Shown: positions 12,593 to 32,368 of the stretch, piece after piece
Position numbering within the stretch: position 1 is the stretch's first letter
How the letters are laid out: each line of letters opens with the position of its first letter
NCBI GenBank assembly: GCA_951406725.2
Contig: OX597819.1
Coordinates: 5,952,001-6,016,000, forward strand
From: Octopus vulgaris
Lineage: Eukaryota
Reading direction: 5' to 3'
DNA length: 64,000 nt
Program-made: the position numbers and the translations under genes
The notes under the pieces: generated by a model
Databases searched by the model: none
What the model saw: the letters and a program-made list of their open reading frames with translations, nothing else
Told to the model about the DNA's origin: nothing

Positions 12593-15032
12593 TTCGTCGG
12601 AGTCAGACGTGTTTTCTTAGCTGCTTCAGATGTCACGTGTTGCCACGTGAAATATTGAACATTTTACGACAACGGGTAGGACGTTCGAATATTGTTGGAG
12701 GCTTAGTGAGGTTTATTGCCTGCCGTTAATACTTTTTAACGTTAACGTTATTTAGCATTAATATTTTTCTGCAGGTAATGGACTTCACTTTGCTTCGAAT
12801 GTATTTTTCTGCCTGTTGTCGTATTTAATGTCTCACTTTTTAGTGAGAATTGTGTTTTTTGAGGAGGCGTAGCCCCTCCGCAAAAATATTTTTGATTCAT
12901 TGGAGTACCAATTTCACTTTTGGATTACCACACGTGGAATATTGAACTGTTTGGCAACAGCAGGTAGGACTTTTTGAATATTTTTAGAGGCCTAGTGAGG
13001 TTTATTGCCTGCCTTAATGCCTTTTGACATTAACGTTAATAGCATAATTTTTTTGCGGGTAATAGACTTCACTTTGCTTCAGATATATTTTTCTGCCTGT
13101 TGTCGTATTTAAAAGTCTCATTTTTTAGTGAGAATTGTGTTTTTCGAGGAGGCGTAGCCCCTCCTCAAAAATATTTTTTCATTGGATTACCTATTTCGCT
13201 TTTGGACTACCACACGTGGAATATTGAACCTTTGGATTACCAGGAGGCACCAAGGACATTCGTGGACTGTTTTTACAAGCACCTGAATTACCAAGGATTG
13301 CCGTGACGTTTGGCCTGGACTACCTTTTCGGCCAAAAAAAAAATAATTCTTTGCCACATTTGAACTCCTTCCTCTAGCTATCCTTTGTTTGAACTCCGAA
13401 CTGTTTTTAGTGTAACTCTCGTTTCCATTTTGTTTTCTCTTTCTACTTTCTATCACTTTTGTGTTTTTCCTATTTTGAACTGTATTTACATTTTTGTTAA
13501 AAATGGCAAAGGAACTGATTGTGTGGGAGCTGGAAGCTCCCAAAAAATACATAAAAACGCTGGAGGATAAGACCGTGGTGTTGAGAACTTATTCAAAGTC
13601 GCTCAACACCATCATGGTTTTTCCAAAGGCGAAAATAATTGAAGAGCTGGCAGACTACATGCCAGCCGTGAAATATATCACACGGGGAGCCAAATATGCA
13701 ACGGTTTGGTTGCTGTTTGACTCCCCAAAAGCTGCTTGCGAGTTTGCAAGCAAGCCCATTGAGGGCAAAGAAATCTTGTTTCTCCCCAGTTACAAGGGAG
13801 AAAAATTGACAAGACTGTGGGTCTGCGGCCTGCCACCCGGCATTGAACCCGAGTGGATAGAAGACTCTATCCGCCGGGGTCTGGGTGACAGGGAGGCAAA
13901 AATCCTAAATGTTAGGATACAGCCTGCGGCTGATTGGGAGGGGTCTAAGGCTACCTTAACCCTATAGACTCAGTCAGCCAAGAGTCTGGTTTTGCCGGAC
14001 TTTTTGAGAATGGCCGGGTCCAAGTATCCGGTGATGCTTGAGGGACGCCCCCCCAAGTGTCACCTGTGTTTGGAGACCGGCCACATCAAGAAGAGCTGCC
14101 CCAGGGACAAGAGTAGGATCCTGGAGCGGCTGATATCGGAGCCTCTCCCTGCCTCCTCAATGGAGGGAGAGAAGCAAAATGAGGAGGGGGAAAAATCCTC
14201 CTCCAAAAGAAAAAGAAAGGTGGGGAGCAATGGCGACCCACCAAAGGACCTGAAAGCTGCGGGAGGGGAGAACCCGGTGCGCACAGCTCCGGAAACTCAG
14301 CCTCCCGTGGCCCAGGGCCAGAAGAAAAAGAAAAAAAAGAGAAACGGATCGCCGCCGGCGGATTGCTACACGCAGACGGCGTTTCCCGAGTATCCCGGGT
14401 CCTCTCAGGCGGGTGTGCCGCCTGAGGGACAATTCGTGGAAGATTTTGTGCTCCTCTTTTTTAAAGGAGAAAAGGTGGAAAGCACCGTAAGAAAAGTGAG
14501 AAAGAGAGGACGTTGGGAGGTACTCCGTTCCTGTACGGAGGACCCCGAGTGGCCTTCGCAGTTAGCTGCGGAGGTCGTGAGAAAGGCTGATCTACGCAGG
14601 ATCGTAGGTTCCTTCCCGGCGGACTCCTTCAAGATTATACCTCTGGACACCGGCCTGACCAGCGAGTATTGCCTCAATGAGGCAAGAGCGATGGTCGGCC
14701 GTGTCACATAGGTTGTGTAACATTTTTGTAACATGTCGAGGAGGAGGTTTATTGCCTCCTCTAAAAATTTGTAAAATTTGTAAATTGAATGTTAATTTAA
14801 ACATTTTTGTAACATGTTGAAGAGGAGGTTTATTGCCTCCTCTAAAAATTGTAAATTGTAAATTATTGTATTAAATGTAATTATTGAACATTGTTTTAGA
14901 GAAGCGAGAGTCGGCGGGCGCTTTTGACTTCTCCCATCACCATCTTCATCCACCACCACCATCATCCATTAATGTCCTTGTCCAGCCTGTAGCTACTCTG
15001 TGTGCTGCCCTAGTGGCAAAATGTTTGAAATA
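12593..15032 (+). mobile_element. Gag/ORF1-only non-autonomous retroelement (L1/Tx1-like, HAL1-type organisation)
   Basis: 16-bp TSD aagtagcttgctaacc at 12577-12592 and 15033-15048; long 5' UTR with about 285-bp tandem units; single ORF; 3' UTR with about 81-bp duplication; ends gaaataa. Confidence 0.8.
13503..14711 (+). CDS. ORF1/gag-like protein (about 402 codons) with RRM-like region and CCHC zinc knuckle; one in-frame TAG at 13965-13967
   Basis: ORFs 13494-13967 and 13992-14711 share a frame; 'RLWVCGLPPGI' and 'EGRPPKCHLCLETGHIKKSCP' are typical of L1/Tx1-clade ORF1. Confidence 0.78.
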
Positions 15033-15420
15033 AAGTAGCTTGCTAACCAACCACATGGTTCCGGGTTCAGTCCCACTGCGTGGCATCTTGGGCAAATGTC
15101 TTCTGCTATAGCCCCGGGCCGACCAATGCCTTGTGAGTGGACTTGGTAGACGGAAACTGAAAGAAGCCTGTCGTATATATGTATGTATATATATATATAT
15201 GTATGTGTGTGTGTTTGTGTGTCTGTGTTTGTCCCCCTAGCATTGCTTGGCAACCGATGCTGGTGTGTTTATGTCCCCGTCACTTAGCGGTTCGGCAAAA
15301 AGAGACCGATAGAATAAGTACTAGGCTTACAAAGAATAAGTCCCGGGGTCGAGTTGCTCGACTAAAGGCGGTGCTCCAGCATGGCCACAGTCAAATGACT
15401 GAAACAAGTAAAAGAGTAAA

Positions 15421-17375
<1,955 letters not shown>

Positions 17376-18349
17376 GATTGATTGATTGATTGATTGATTC
17401 TAGTTTCAGCTTATGAGCTGTGGCCATGCTGGGGCACCGCCATTTGGTGTTGCTACTTGGTTTCACTTCATGGAGGCTTTCTAGCAACTGCTATTTGGTG
17501 CATGAGAGAGTTCGATGCAGCTGCCCTCATCTGCCCCTCCTGCCGTGAAGTTGGTTCATCTGGGACACATGACAGGAAGAGATCCAGCTTCATTTTAAAG
17601 ACATCTGTATCCACCCCATGCAGGTCTCTCAGGTTCTTCGGGAGGATATTGAAGAGCTGTGAGCCTCGGAAGCCCAGGCTATCACAGAATCTTGTCCTAC
17701 ATCTTGATGGCAGGTTTGGAGTCCTAGGCACCACGCAGTGGCGCCCAGTTCTGGCATTTGCGTAACTCTCGATGCCAAAGTTCAGGACACTTCCCTCCAG
17801 GATCTTCCAGATGTATATTATGGCATATCTTTCCCGCCTACGCTCCAGGGAATATAATTTTAATCTCTTGAGTCTTTCCCAGTAGCTTACATTCTGCATA
17901 GAGGCTATCTTCTTTGTGTAGCTTCGTTGATCGCCTCAGTTCTGTGATCAACTTGACACTGGATGGTGACCATAGCTGACAAGTTCTGTGATCAACTTGA
18001 CACTGGATGGTGAATAGCTGAGAGCAATAGCCAAAGTGGCTTAGGACAAGTGTCTTCCAGAGGACCATCATGGTTTCTTGTTCTCTTGTTCTAAAGGTTC
18101 TAAGAATCCATCCAGCCAGCCGTCTACATTTCATTGTCAGTTTAGCAACATGTACATGAAAGGTCGCGTCATCACTCATGTGAATACCCAGGTCACGCAC
18201 TGATTGTGCCTCTGGGATTGCAATCCCTCCGGGTCCAGTGTATTCATTGGGTATTGCATTCAGTTTTGCATGCTGATAGTATAAAGCTTGAAACTTTCCA
18301 GCATTGAACTGCATGCTATTCTTTTCAGCCCACTTGTATATTTCGTCCA
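17376..18349 (-). mobile_element. 5'-truncated CR1-group LINE (RT C-terminus, 3' UTR, (CAAT)n tail)
   Basis: [52 protein letters not shown]; internal 44-bp-period duplication at 17938-18013. Confidence 0.9.
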
Positions 18350-21520
<3,171 letters not shown>

Positions 21521-21539
21521 TATATAGATCAAGAAAATG

Positions 21540-22890
21540 GTGGGGTTTAATACCGCATGTGGAAAATGATAAGTAATATATAAATATATATTTATGCAGA
21601 ATGCTCAAATGTTTTAATAATATGACTTGAAAATATTTATATATAAATATATATTTATTCAACCGGTTTTCGTCAATGTATGAAGGGAAAACTTGTCAAG
21701 AATATTTATGTTTTAAGAAGTTTTTTTAAAAATTAGAAAGGGAAAAAAAGAAAATTGCATTGTTTTTTGTAAAAGAATAATGATAAAAATGTACAAAAAT
21801 TAAAAAATAAGTTCTCCGATACATTGTGAGTTCGTTGTGTATCTTGAGTTTTATGGTTGTTTACCAAAAAATTACCTTGAGGTGTTAAGATCCAAAGGGA
21901 TTAAGAGCATGTGATGTGTTGTGTTGTTAAATTCAGCATGTTGCAGGACAGGAAGTAGTAGTAATTGTGGTCCTAGTTCTTCAGTTCCTGTGTTGTGAGT
22001 AAGGGAGACAACTCTTTTGAGTTCTTCAATAAAACCCAAATTATAAAACTATCATTTTAGCTTCATTTGCATTATCTTTTTTATATAATTGCTTGTTAAC
22101 TTAACTTTCAGATTTTAACACTTTATTTATATTATTTTCTAATAATATAAAACTGCATAGACAATTGCATTTCAAATTGTCATATCATTTATAATAAAAA
22201 TGATAGTAATAACAACAATAGTGAAAATGAAATTTAAAGAATATAAGTTTTTGCTTGAAGTGATGAATGCATGGTATCTTTATATATTTGTGTTAGTCCA
22301 TCCATGAAGAGTGAGGTAGAGAAAGGAAGTTTGATCAACGAGAAAATCTGAAAGTTAAGTTAACAAGCAATTATATAAAAAAGATAATGCAAATGAAGCT
22401 AAAATGATAGTTTTATAATTTGGGTTTTATTGAAGAACTCAAAAGAGTTGTCTCCCTTACTCACAACACAGGAACTGAAGAACTAGGACCACAATTACTA
22501 CTACTTCCTGTCCTGCAACATGCTGAATTTAACAACACAACACATCACATGCTCTTAATCCCTTTGGATCTTAACACCTCAAGGTAATTTTTTGGTAAAC
22601 AACCATAAAACTCAAGATACACAACGAACTCACAATGTATCGGAGAACTTATTTTTTTAATTTTTGTACATTTTTATCATTATTCTTTTACAAAAAACAA
22701 TGCAATTTTCTTTTTTTTCCCCTTTCTAATTTTTAAAAAAACTTCTTAAAACATAAATATTCTTGACAAGTCATACAATGACGAAAACCGGTTGAATAAA
22801 TATATATTTATATATTTTATCATTTTCTCATTTTATTAAAATTTTCTTTCATTTGAGCATTCTGCATTTTTAAAAAATTTTTCCTTACTT
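21540..22890. repeat. Fold-back insert with about 470-bp inverted arms (21640-22116 / 22343-22815), each ending in a hammerhead variant
   Basis: Near-perfect reverse-complement match; flanked by (TA)n on both sides. Confidence 0.92.
22758..22798 (+). ncRNA. Type I hammerhead variant (U3-A8 core); mirror copy at 21656-21704 (-)
   Basis: tattc TTGACAA gtcat aca atgac GAAA(A)C cg GTT gaata; one extra A in the core. Confidence 0.55.
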
Positions 22891-22893
22891 ATG

Positions 22894-23062
<169 letters not shown>

Positions 23063-23063
23063 G

Positions 23064-23136
<73 letters not shown>

Positions 23137-23174
23137 GTATGTATATATATGTATATATATTTTTGTTGTATATG

Positions 23175-23211
<37 letters not shown>

Positions 23212-23252
23212 GTATATATATATGTATATATATGTATATATATGTATATATG

Positions 23253-23419
<167 letters not shown>

Positions 23420-23653
23420 TATGTGAAATAGAAAGATGAATAATCTTGTAGTAGATTAATCAAAAGTTTAACCGATACCTTAGTAGCAAAAATCACAGCA
23501 GTAAAACAGCACGGTTGGATACAACCATATGGTAAAGCATTGGGGTACAACCATATGGTGTTGCAACCGTGCGTTGGTGCGGATAATTGAAATTAGAACA
23601 TTATTGGTGAATTGAAGAAATGGAGCTGAACGCAGATTGAACAGAAATCGTTT

Positions 23654-23747
23654 TATTTCATTCTACACGTGTTTCGAAAGGCACAAATTACCAAAATCCG
23701 ATGGAATAATGGGACCATATTGTGTCTTTCTCTTCAGGAAGAAAATA
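23654..23747 (-). ncRNA. Type I hammerhead ribozyme (mirror copy of 25474-25567)
   Basis: Reverse complement of the + copy. Confidence 0.85.
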
Positions 23748-24511
23748 GGAAATCCGTTGGAAAAACAAAAACAGAACAGAGGCGGAGCAAAAACAAATCG
23801 AACTATGCTCCTAAGAGCCCATGGCGAAACTGTTTATCAGTGTATGTTGAGAACCGGTGGCTGAAGAATTCAACGGGTCAGGCATCGGTCAATCATGTGG
23901 GTGAGGGGGCGTAGATGTTCTTTGTGACCGAGAATAAAGTTCTGACTATTTAAGGAATATTGGATGTTTTATAAGGGGCGAGAAAAAATCTACTTAGAGA
24001 CGTGTGTGTGTGTATACTGTTCTATATACGTGTGTGTTGGCGTAGGGGTAGAAAACATTTTTTGTGTACGTGTGTGCGTTTGATCGTTCGGCTGTCAGTG
24101 GCTACTGCCGTGATGACCGTTGGGTGGCAGAAAAAAATATATATATCATGTTTTATGTGTGTGTGTGTTCTCATCTAAGCCTGCCTTGTCAAGGAAACCC
24201 CCCGCTGTGAAAAAACCAAGCCCCGTTTGTCTTACAGGAGTAATTCCCCTTGCAGTGGTTAATCGTAGATATCTTAAAGGCTATTTCAGAATTTGTTACC
24301 AAGGGCAAGCTTAAGTTCGTATCCTTCAGTCGCCATATTAGCTTACTGAGTCCCGTGGTCTGGCGCTTGTTCATGCCCCGAAAAGTTGCGTAATGGTTGG
24401 AGACACGCAAAGACAATCTTGAGGATGAGGCCCCTACATAAGTGAAGACATCTGAGTCCGTGTAAACCTTGCATTGGTAGACGGCGTTTTTGATTCACGT
24501 CGGCGAACTCC

Positions 24512-24886
24512 AAGATCAAAAACGCCGTCTACCAATGCAAGGTTTACACGGACTCAGATGTCTTCACTTATGTAGGGGCTTCATCCTCAAGATTGTCTTT
24601 GCGTGTCTCCAACCATTACGCAACTTTTCGGGACATGAACAAGCGCCAGACCACGGGACTCAGTAAGCTAATATGGCGACTGAAGGATACGAACTTAAGC
24701 TACAGGCTGGAATGGTCAATTTTGTCGGTGGCCCTCCCATTTGATAGGGGCAGAAGGCAGTGCAACCTTTGTGTCTCCGAACTCTTCCATATTTTGTTTG
24801 CCAGAGGCCGGATGGTAAACGGGCTTTTACAGTCGGCTTTTCGATGCCCCCATTGGCGGCGTTACACTTATCTGGCTTTTAAATAG
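24512..24886 (+). CDS. GIY-YIG endonuclease domain (C-terminus of a PLE ORF)
   Basis: KIKNAVYQCKV...TYVG...R..NH...F...TGLSKLIW.LK...W.IL..A...CNLC..E...CPH. Confidence 0.85.
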   Translation, partial: KIKNAVYQCKVYTDSDVFTYVGASSSRLSLRVSNHYATFRDMNKRQTTGLSKLIWRLKDTNLSYRLEWSILSVALPFDRGRRQCNLCVSELFHILFARGRMVNGLLQSAFRCPHWRRYTYLAFK

Positions 24887-25473
24887 CGTTTATAAATAAT
24901 ACCGGCACCCATAGCCCTTGGTAACAAATTCTGAAATAGCCTTTAAGATATCTACGATTAACCACTGCAAGGGGAATTACTCCTGTAAGACAAACGGGGC
25001 TTGGTTTTTTCACAGCGGGGGGTTTCCTTGACAAGGCAGGCTTAGATGAGAACACACACACACATAAAACATGATATATATATATTTTTTCTGCCACCCA
25101 ACGGTCATCACGGCAGTAGCCACTGACAGCCGAACGATCAAACGCACACACGTACACAAAAAATGTTTTCTACCCCTACGCCAACACACACGTATATAGA
25201 ACAGTATACACACACACACGTCTCTAAGTAGATTTTTTCTCGCCCCTTATAAAACATCCAATATTCCTTAAATAGTCAGAACTTTATTCTCGGTCACAAA
25301 GAACATCTACGCCCCCTCACCCACATGATTGACCGATGCCTGACCCGTTGAATTCTTCAGCCACCGGTTCTCAACATACACTGATAAACAGTTTCGCCAT
25401 GGGCTCTTAGGAGCATAGTTCGATTTGTTTTTGCTCCGCCTCTGTTCTGTTTTTGTTTTTCCAACGGATTTCC

Positions 25474-25567
25474 TATTTTCTTCCTGAAGAGAAAGACACA
25501 ATATGGTCCCATTATTCCATCGGATTTTGGTAATTTGTGCCTTTCGAAACACGTGTAGAATGAAATA
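25474..25567 (+). ncRNA. Type I hammerhead ribozyme with canonical core
   Basis: tattttcttc CTGAAGA gaaagacacaa..ttgtgcctttc GAAAC acgt GTA|gaatgaaata; palindromic stem III ACACGTGT; predicted cut after 25557. Confidence 0.85.
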
Positions 25568-25617
25568 AAACGATTTCTGTTCAATCTGCGTTCAGCTCCA
25601 TTTCTTCAATTCACCAA

Positions 25618-26860
<1,243 letters not shown>

Positions 26861-27784
26861 TACACACATAGAAATTAGCGCAGGAGGACGACAAAAGAAC
26901 ATACGGGATAAACACATACATGACGGGGACATCCTCAATCTCCCGTCAGTTATCGACCAACAATGCCCATAATTTCGCGGCATTATATATACATATACAT
27001 GTTTATGTGTGCATGTGTGCGTGCACGTGCGTGTATGTGTGTGTGTGTGTTTGCGTGAATAAGTGTTTGTGTGTATGCGTGTTTTTGTGTGTGCGAGCGT
27101 GTGCATGCGCACGTGTGTATGAGTGTGTACACTCACGTGTGCATGAGTGTACACACTCACACACTCACACACCCACGCATGCACACACATGTATAGAGAG
27201 TAAGGCAGAAAAAGGGAGGGAAAGAAACAAACATACGTATATGTGCGAGTCTTTGCTTGTATGTATGTATGTATGTATGTATGCTTGTATGTATGTATGT
27301 ATATATGTATGTATGATTGTATGTATGTATATATGTATGTGTGTGTTTTTGTATACGTGTACGTGTTTGTGTAGCTATATAGATAAAAAGGAAAAAATAC
27401 AAAGAACTATGGATAAAAATTGAAGAAACTATTCTGTTGCTGGATAGCATCCAATAAGAATAGAAAAAGCAAGGGGAAAAAAAGGTTCAATTTAGCAGAG
27501 CTGTGACGACTGTTAGCATACAACCGCATCGAACAGCATCGAACTGCACATCTCACGGACTGAAAATAATAATCGGAATTGCTGATTACTTTAGGGAAAC
27601 ATTCATGCATACTTTTATAAACAGTAAGACAGTTAGATATACACAGGAGATCATCTGTACAGTGGCAGATGTAAGACACACAAGTTCTAGCACGTATATG
27701 GAGACGTACGAAACAAAACGTTCGCATTATCACGTTTTATACATTCTTTAGCATATGAATGTATATATATATATATATTTGTGG

Positions 27785-27847
<63 letters not shown>

Positions 27848-27879
27848 CATACACACATATATATATATGTATGTGTGTT

Positions 27880-27928
<49 letters not shown>

Positions 27929-27968
27929 TATATATACATACACACATATATATATATGTATGTGTGTT

Positions 27969-28005
<37 letters not shown>

Positions 28006-29146
28006 CTATGTACGAGTGTAGATACATATGTATATGTGTGCATATATATATGATTGATTCATTGTGTCAGTGTATGTATGCCTATACACTCACCCACACA
28101 CACATATGTGTATGTGTGCGTATGTGTGTGCGTGTATATGTGTGTGTGAGTGAGTGCGTATATTCATAAAAATTTCACATATATCTAAAATAAGGAGCAT
28201 GTTCTCATACTGCCAGAGTGAACATATACACAGTCATAGATGTGCACCCGTGCACAGACACTTCGAAAGCCCACAGTTTCTCATCGACATGTCTATATAC
28301 ATGCATAAACACATACATGCATAATACACACATACATGCATACATACGAACATATATATATATATATATATATATACATACACATACATACATGCATGCA
28401 GCCATCCATATACATACATATATCCATAAATATATGCACACATACGCTCACACAGCCACGCGGACATACATAGTTGCTCACTTTAATTCAATGACTTTAC
28501 ATGCTTTGGAAAAAAGGCCCATATCCCTGCCAACATGAAATTGCAAATAGGATTGTAATATAATTAATATGAAAGTGTCATTGAGAAAGAACAGTTGCAT
28601 GTTTCATTGAATTAAAATACACAATCCATCTTGGAGTGAGCAGAAAAATGAGGTAAACTCCAACAGTTTCTTAATGGTTACTAGTTCCAGATAAATTTTG
28701 ATGGATCTACTTTGATTTAATGTCGTTACTTCTGGCCTTTCACTGGCAAAGATATTACTTGTTATGGGTATTCAATAGATGAAACACACAGACAGACACA
28801 GACACACACACACACACACGCACGCACGCACACACACACACACACTTTATGCATATATATATATATGTATATATATGCATATATTGATACTTATATACAT
28901 ACATACAAACGTACATAAATACATACACACATACATACATATATATATATACAAGCAATTACATATATATGTGTACATGCGTATATATCTATATATCTAT
29001 ATATTTGAGTAAATACACACACACATCATATATACATACATATATGCATATATATATATATATATGCACATATATATGTGTATGTGTGTTTAAATATAAA
29101 TATATATGTATATATATATGTACATATATATATATATACATATATG

Positions 29147-29178
<32 letters not shown>

Positions 29179-29211
29179 ATATATATATATTATAATATAT
29201 ATTATAATATA

Positions 29212-29257
<46 letters not shown>

Positions 29258-29681
29258 TTCCTTCCCAATCTCTGAAAAGGACACCCACAGCGAAACCAAA
29301 ACACAATACAAAATAAACGAAATGATGTAATTAAGTTGAATGATAAACGGTAACAACAACAACAACAACAATAACAATAGGAGCAACGACAAGAACAGAA
29401 GCAGCAGCACCATCTGCACCAACAATAAGAAGAATAATTATTCGAAGATCTCTGTACATTTTAGTTTGTTATTACGCGTGTGTATGACTTGTCGAACGGG
29501 ATGACATTACATACAAGCGGAAGATTCCAATAAAAAAATAACTGAAAATGTAAAACGAAAATATAAAAACGGTGAGGCGTACCAAGTTTTGTGTCAGAGC
29601 TTTGGCAAAAACAAAGGAGAATTAGCGTTTAGAATTGAGGGTAAGTATTTTCTTTTCCACAGAGTATGCTATGAAGGCAAG

Positions 29682-29744
<63 letters not shown>

Positions 29745-29969
29745 ATATACATTCAAATATATATGTATATATTGTATATATATGTATACATACATATATA
29801 TATGTATATATATATGTATGTATATATATATATATATGCATATATATCTGTGTGCGTATGTGCGTGTGTAGGCATATACGTATATATATATGTATATATA
29901 TATATACATATATATATGTAAATATATTATATATATATATATATGTTATATGTATATATATATATGTAG

Positions 29970-30098
<129 letters not shown>

Positions 30099-30409
30099 TG
30101 TAAGCATGTAATTTGCTAGCTAGTAAGTTAGCTATATATGTGTATAAACAAAGACTTTATAGGTGCTGAGGTGTATGCTAATGCAATTAATTTCTGTGTT
30201 CGTGATATCAGCAGGGTTTGTTCAGAAGTTAAAACATTACATTATTAGAATTATAGGGAAGTTGGTGTGTAATGTGATTACAACAAGACTAGAAGCGGTG
30301 AATCAGTGCAAAGTATTTCTTCACTTACAAAATGTTTAGACCCAAAGGGAAGAATCAGATATATAAAGCATATAAAAAGGACATGCATCAATGCTGTATG
30401 CACTCAACC

Positions 30410-30454
<45 letters not shown>

Positions 30455-30647
30455 CGTTTTAAGAAATTTATATATATATAACGTTTAAAGATATTTGAAA
30501 AGCTGAACGCGAAACCGGTCATTTCTTCTAAACTATGTCATTGTAAGGAAAAAATTTATAACATTCTTCAGACATATTGACTCAAATATATATTTTTTAA
30601 CCTTTTAAAACAAGCCTTCTGTAGTTTTTTCACTTTTTACTATTTTC

Positions 30648-30696
<49 letters not shown>

Positions 30697-30823
30697 ATAT
30701 AGAAAATAGTAAAAAGTGAAAAAAACTACAGAAGGCTTGTTTTAAAGGTTAAAAAATATATATTTGAGTCAATATGTCTGAAGAATGTTATAAATTTTTT
30801 TCCCTTACAATGACATAGTTTAG

Positions 30824-30863
30824 AAGAAATGACCGGTTTCGCGTTCAGCTTTTCAAATTTCTT
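30824..30863 (-). ncRNA. Minimal type I hammerhead, U3-A8 variant; second copy at 30488-30527 (+)
   Basis: aagaaat TTGAAAA gc tgaac gc GAAAC cg GTC|atttctt; perfect 7-bp stem I, palindromic ACCGGT; about 80 nt downstream of the PLE stop codon. Confidence 0.8.
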
Positions 30864-30941
30864 AAAACGTTATGTTTACGTTGAGCGGTGATCTAGATAA
30901 TAAGTGATTTCTTCCGGTGTAAGGGAGATAATCGCTTAAAA

Positions 30942-32133
30942 TTATTTGCTTTTCTTTTGGATTGAGTTTCTCTGTATAAGTATGTTGGAATGGTTAAGTC
31001 TGGGCTTGTACTTTTTAATGAAGAATGTTTCCTTGTTTAGTCTAATTTGTGTTGGTGTTCCGATAGCACATTGGTAAAATGGAAAGATTAAAAATTGTGG
31101 TAGTAGTTGCTTTGCGCATTTCTCAATATGCTCACTAAAGGGTATCATTCTGTATTCTGGGAATGCAATCTGTTGTTGATGCAGTGTGCATCTACGTCTG
31201 AGTGATAGTCCCGTGGATCCCACGTAGTCTTGGTGGCAGCCCGAGCATTTTATGACATAAATTATGTTTTCAGAGGCACAAGTAAAATTAGATTTGATCT
31301 TGAATTTCTGTCCCTCTTTGAAGAGGAATTCTGATCCTTCTAGCAGGTTTGGACATGTTGCACAGTTCGGTCTACCACATTTCTTTTACTTTTGCATCCG
31401 TAATTTCAGAAAACAATTTTGCCTTTGTGAGAATCTTTTTAAGTGATTTAGGTTGTTTGTAGCTTTTAATGATTTGGTGTATGTTTAGAATTTCCTTTAA
31501 TTTGGGGTCCTTATGAAGTATTGGTAAATTCTGGGTGATGATGGTGAAGGCTTCTTTGTTTCTGGGGTTGTATGTGGATATGTAAGGTAGTATTTTCGGG
31601 GAAGGTGTGTTGTTGTGTTGAACTTTTCTTAAAGTTTCTATGTTGATTTCTGTTGCACGTCTGATACCATCCTCTATGAGTTGAGGTGGGTAATGTCTGT
31701 CAATTAGGGTGTTTTTGAGTTCTTGCAGTCTAAAGTTCCTGGTATTTTGTTCTGACACTATTGTGCATATCCTTCTTGCAAGGTTGAAGGGGATGTTTGG
31801 TTTAGTGTGTCTTGGGTGGCATGAATTAAAAAGAAGGTATTGTTTGGCGTCTGTGGCTTTGTAAAAAATGTCTGTTTCTATTTTAAGGTTAATTTTTTTA
31901 ATTAGTATATCCAAGAATGGGAGCTCCTTTTGGTTGTATTCCATTGTGAACTGTATATTTGGGTTTATTCTGTTCAATAGGTTTTTAAATTTTAGGAGTT
32001 TATCTGTGTTTTCATTCCAGAGTATAAAACAATCGTCCAGGAATCGTTTCCAATTCTCTTTTATGTATTGAGAGAGGGGGTTTCCAAAGATTGATAAAGA
32101 TTCCTGGTAAATGATTATTTCCAGGTAGCCCAT
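30942..32133 (-). pseudogene. PLE RT (C-terminal half), Cys-rich linker and GIY-YIG endonuclease; one frameshift near 31385
   Basis: WKRFLDDCF, IQFTME, LPFLD, FYKAT...YL...SCHP; CGRPNCATC linker (Neptune-like); NIIYVIKC..C...YVGSTG...R...H; E...IKKYKPRLN. Confidence 0.92.
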
Positions 32134-32260
32134 TGGCTACATTCTTCAGACATATTGACTCAAATATATATTTTTTAACCTTTTAAAACAAGCCTTCTGT
32201 AGTTTTTTCACTTTTTACTATTTTCTATATATTCAACCACGTGCTTTCACAAACCAACTT

Positions 32261-32366
<106 letters not shown>

Positions 32367-32368
32367 GC

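Noticed and set aside
23637-23914. Short ORFs mirrored at 25307-25584
   Set aside because: Antisense to the PLE 3' UTR and hammerhead; duplicated only because of the inverted repeat
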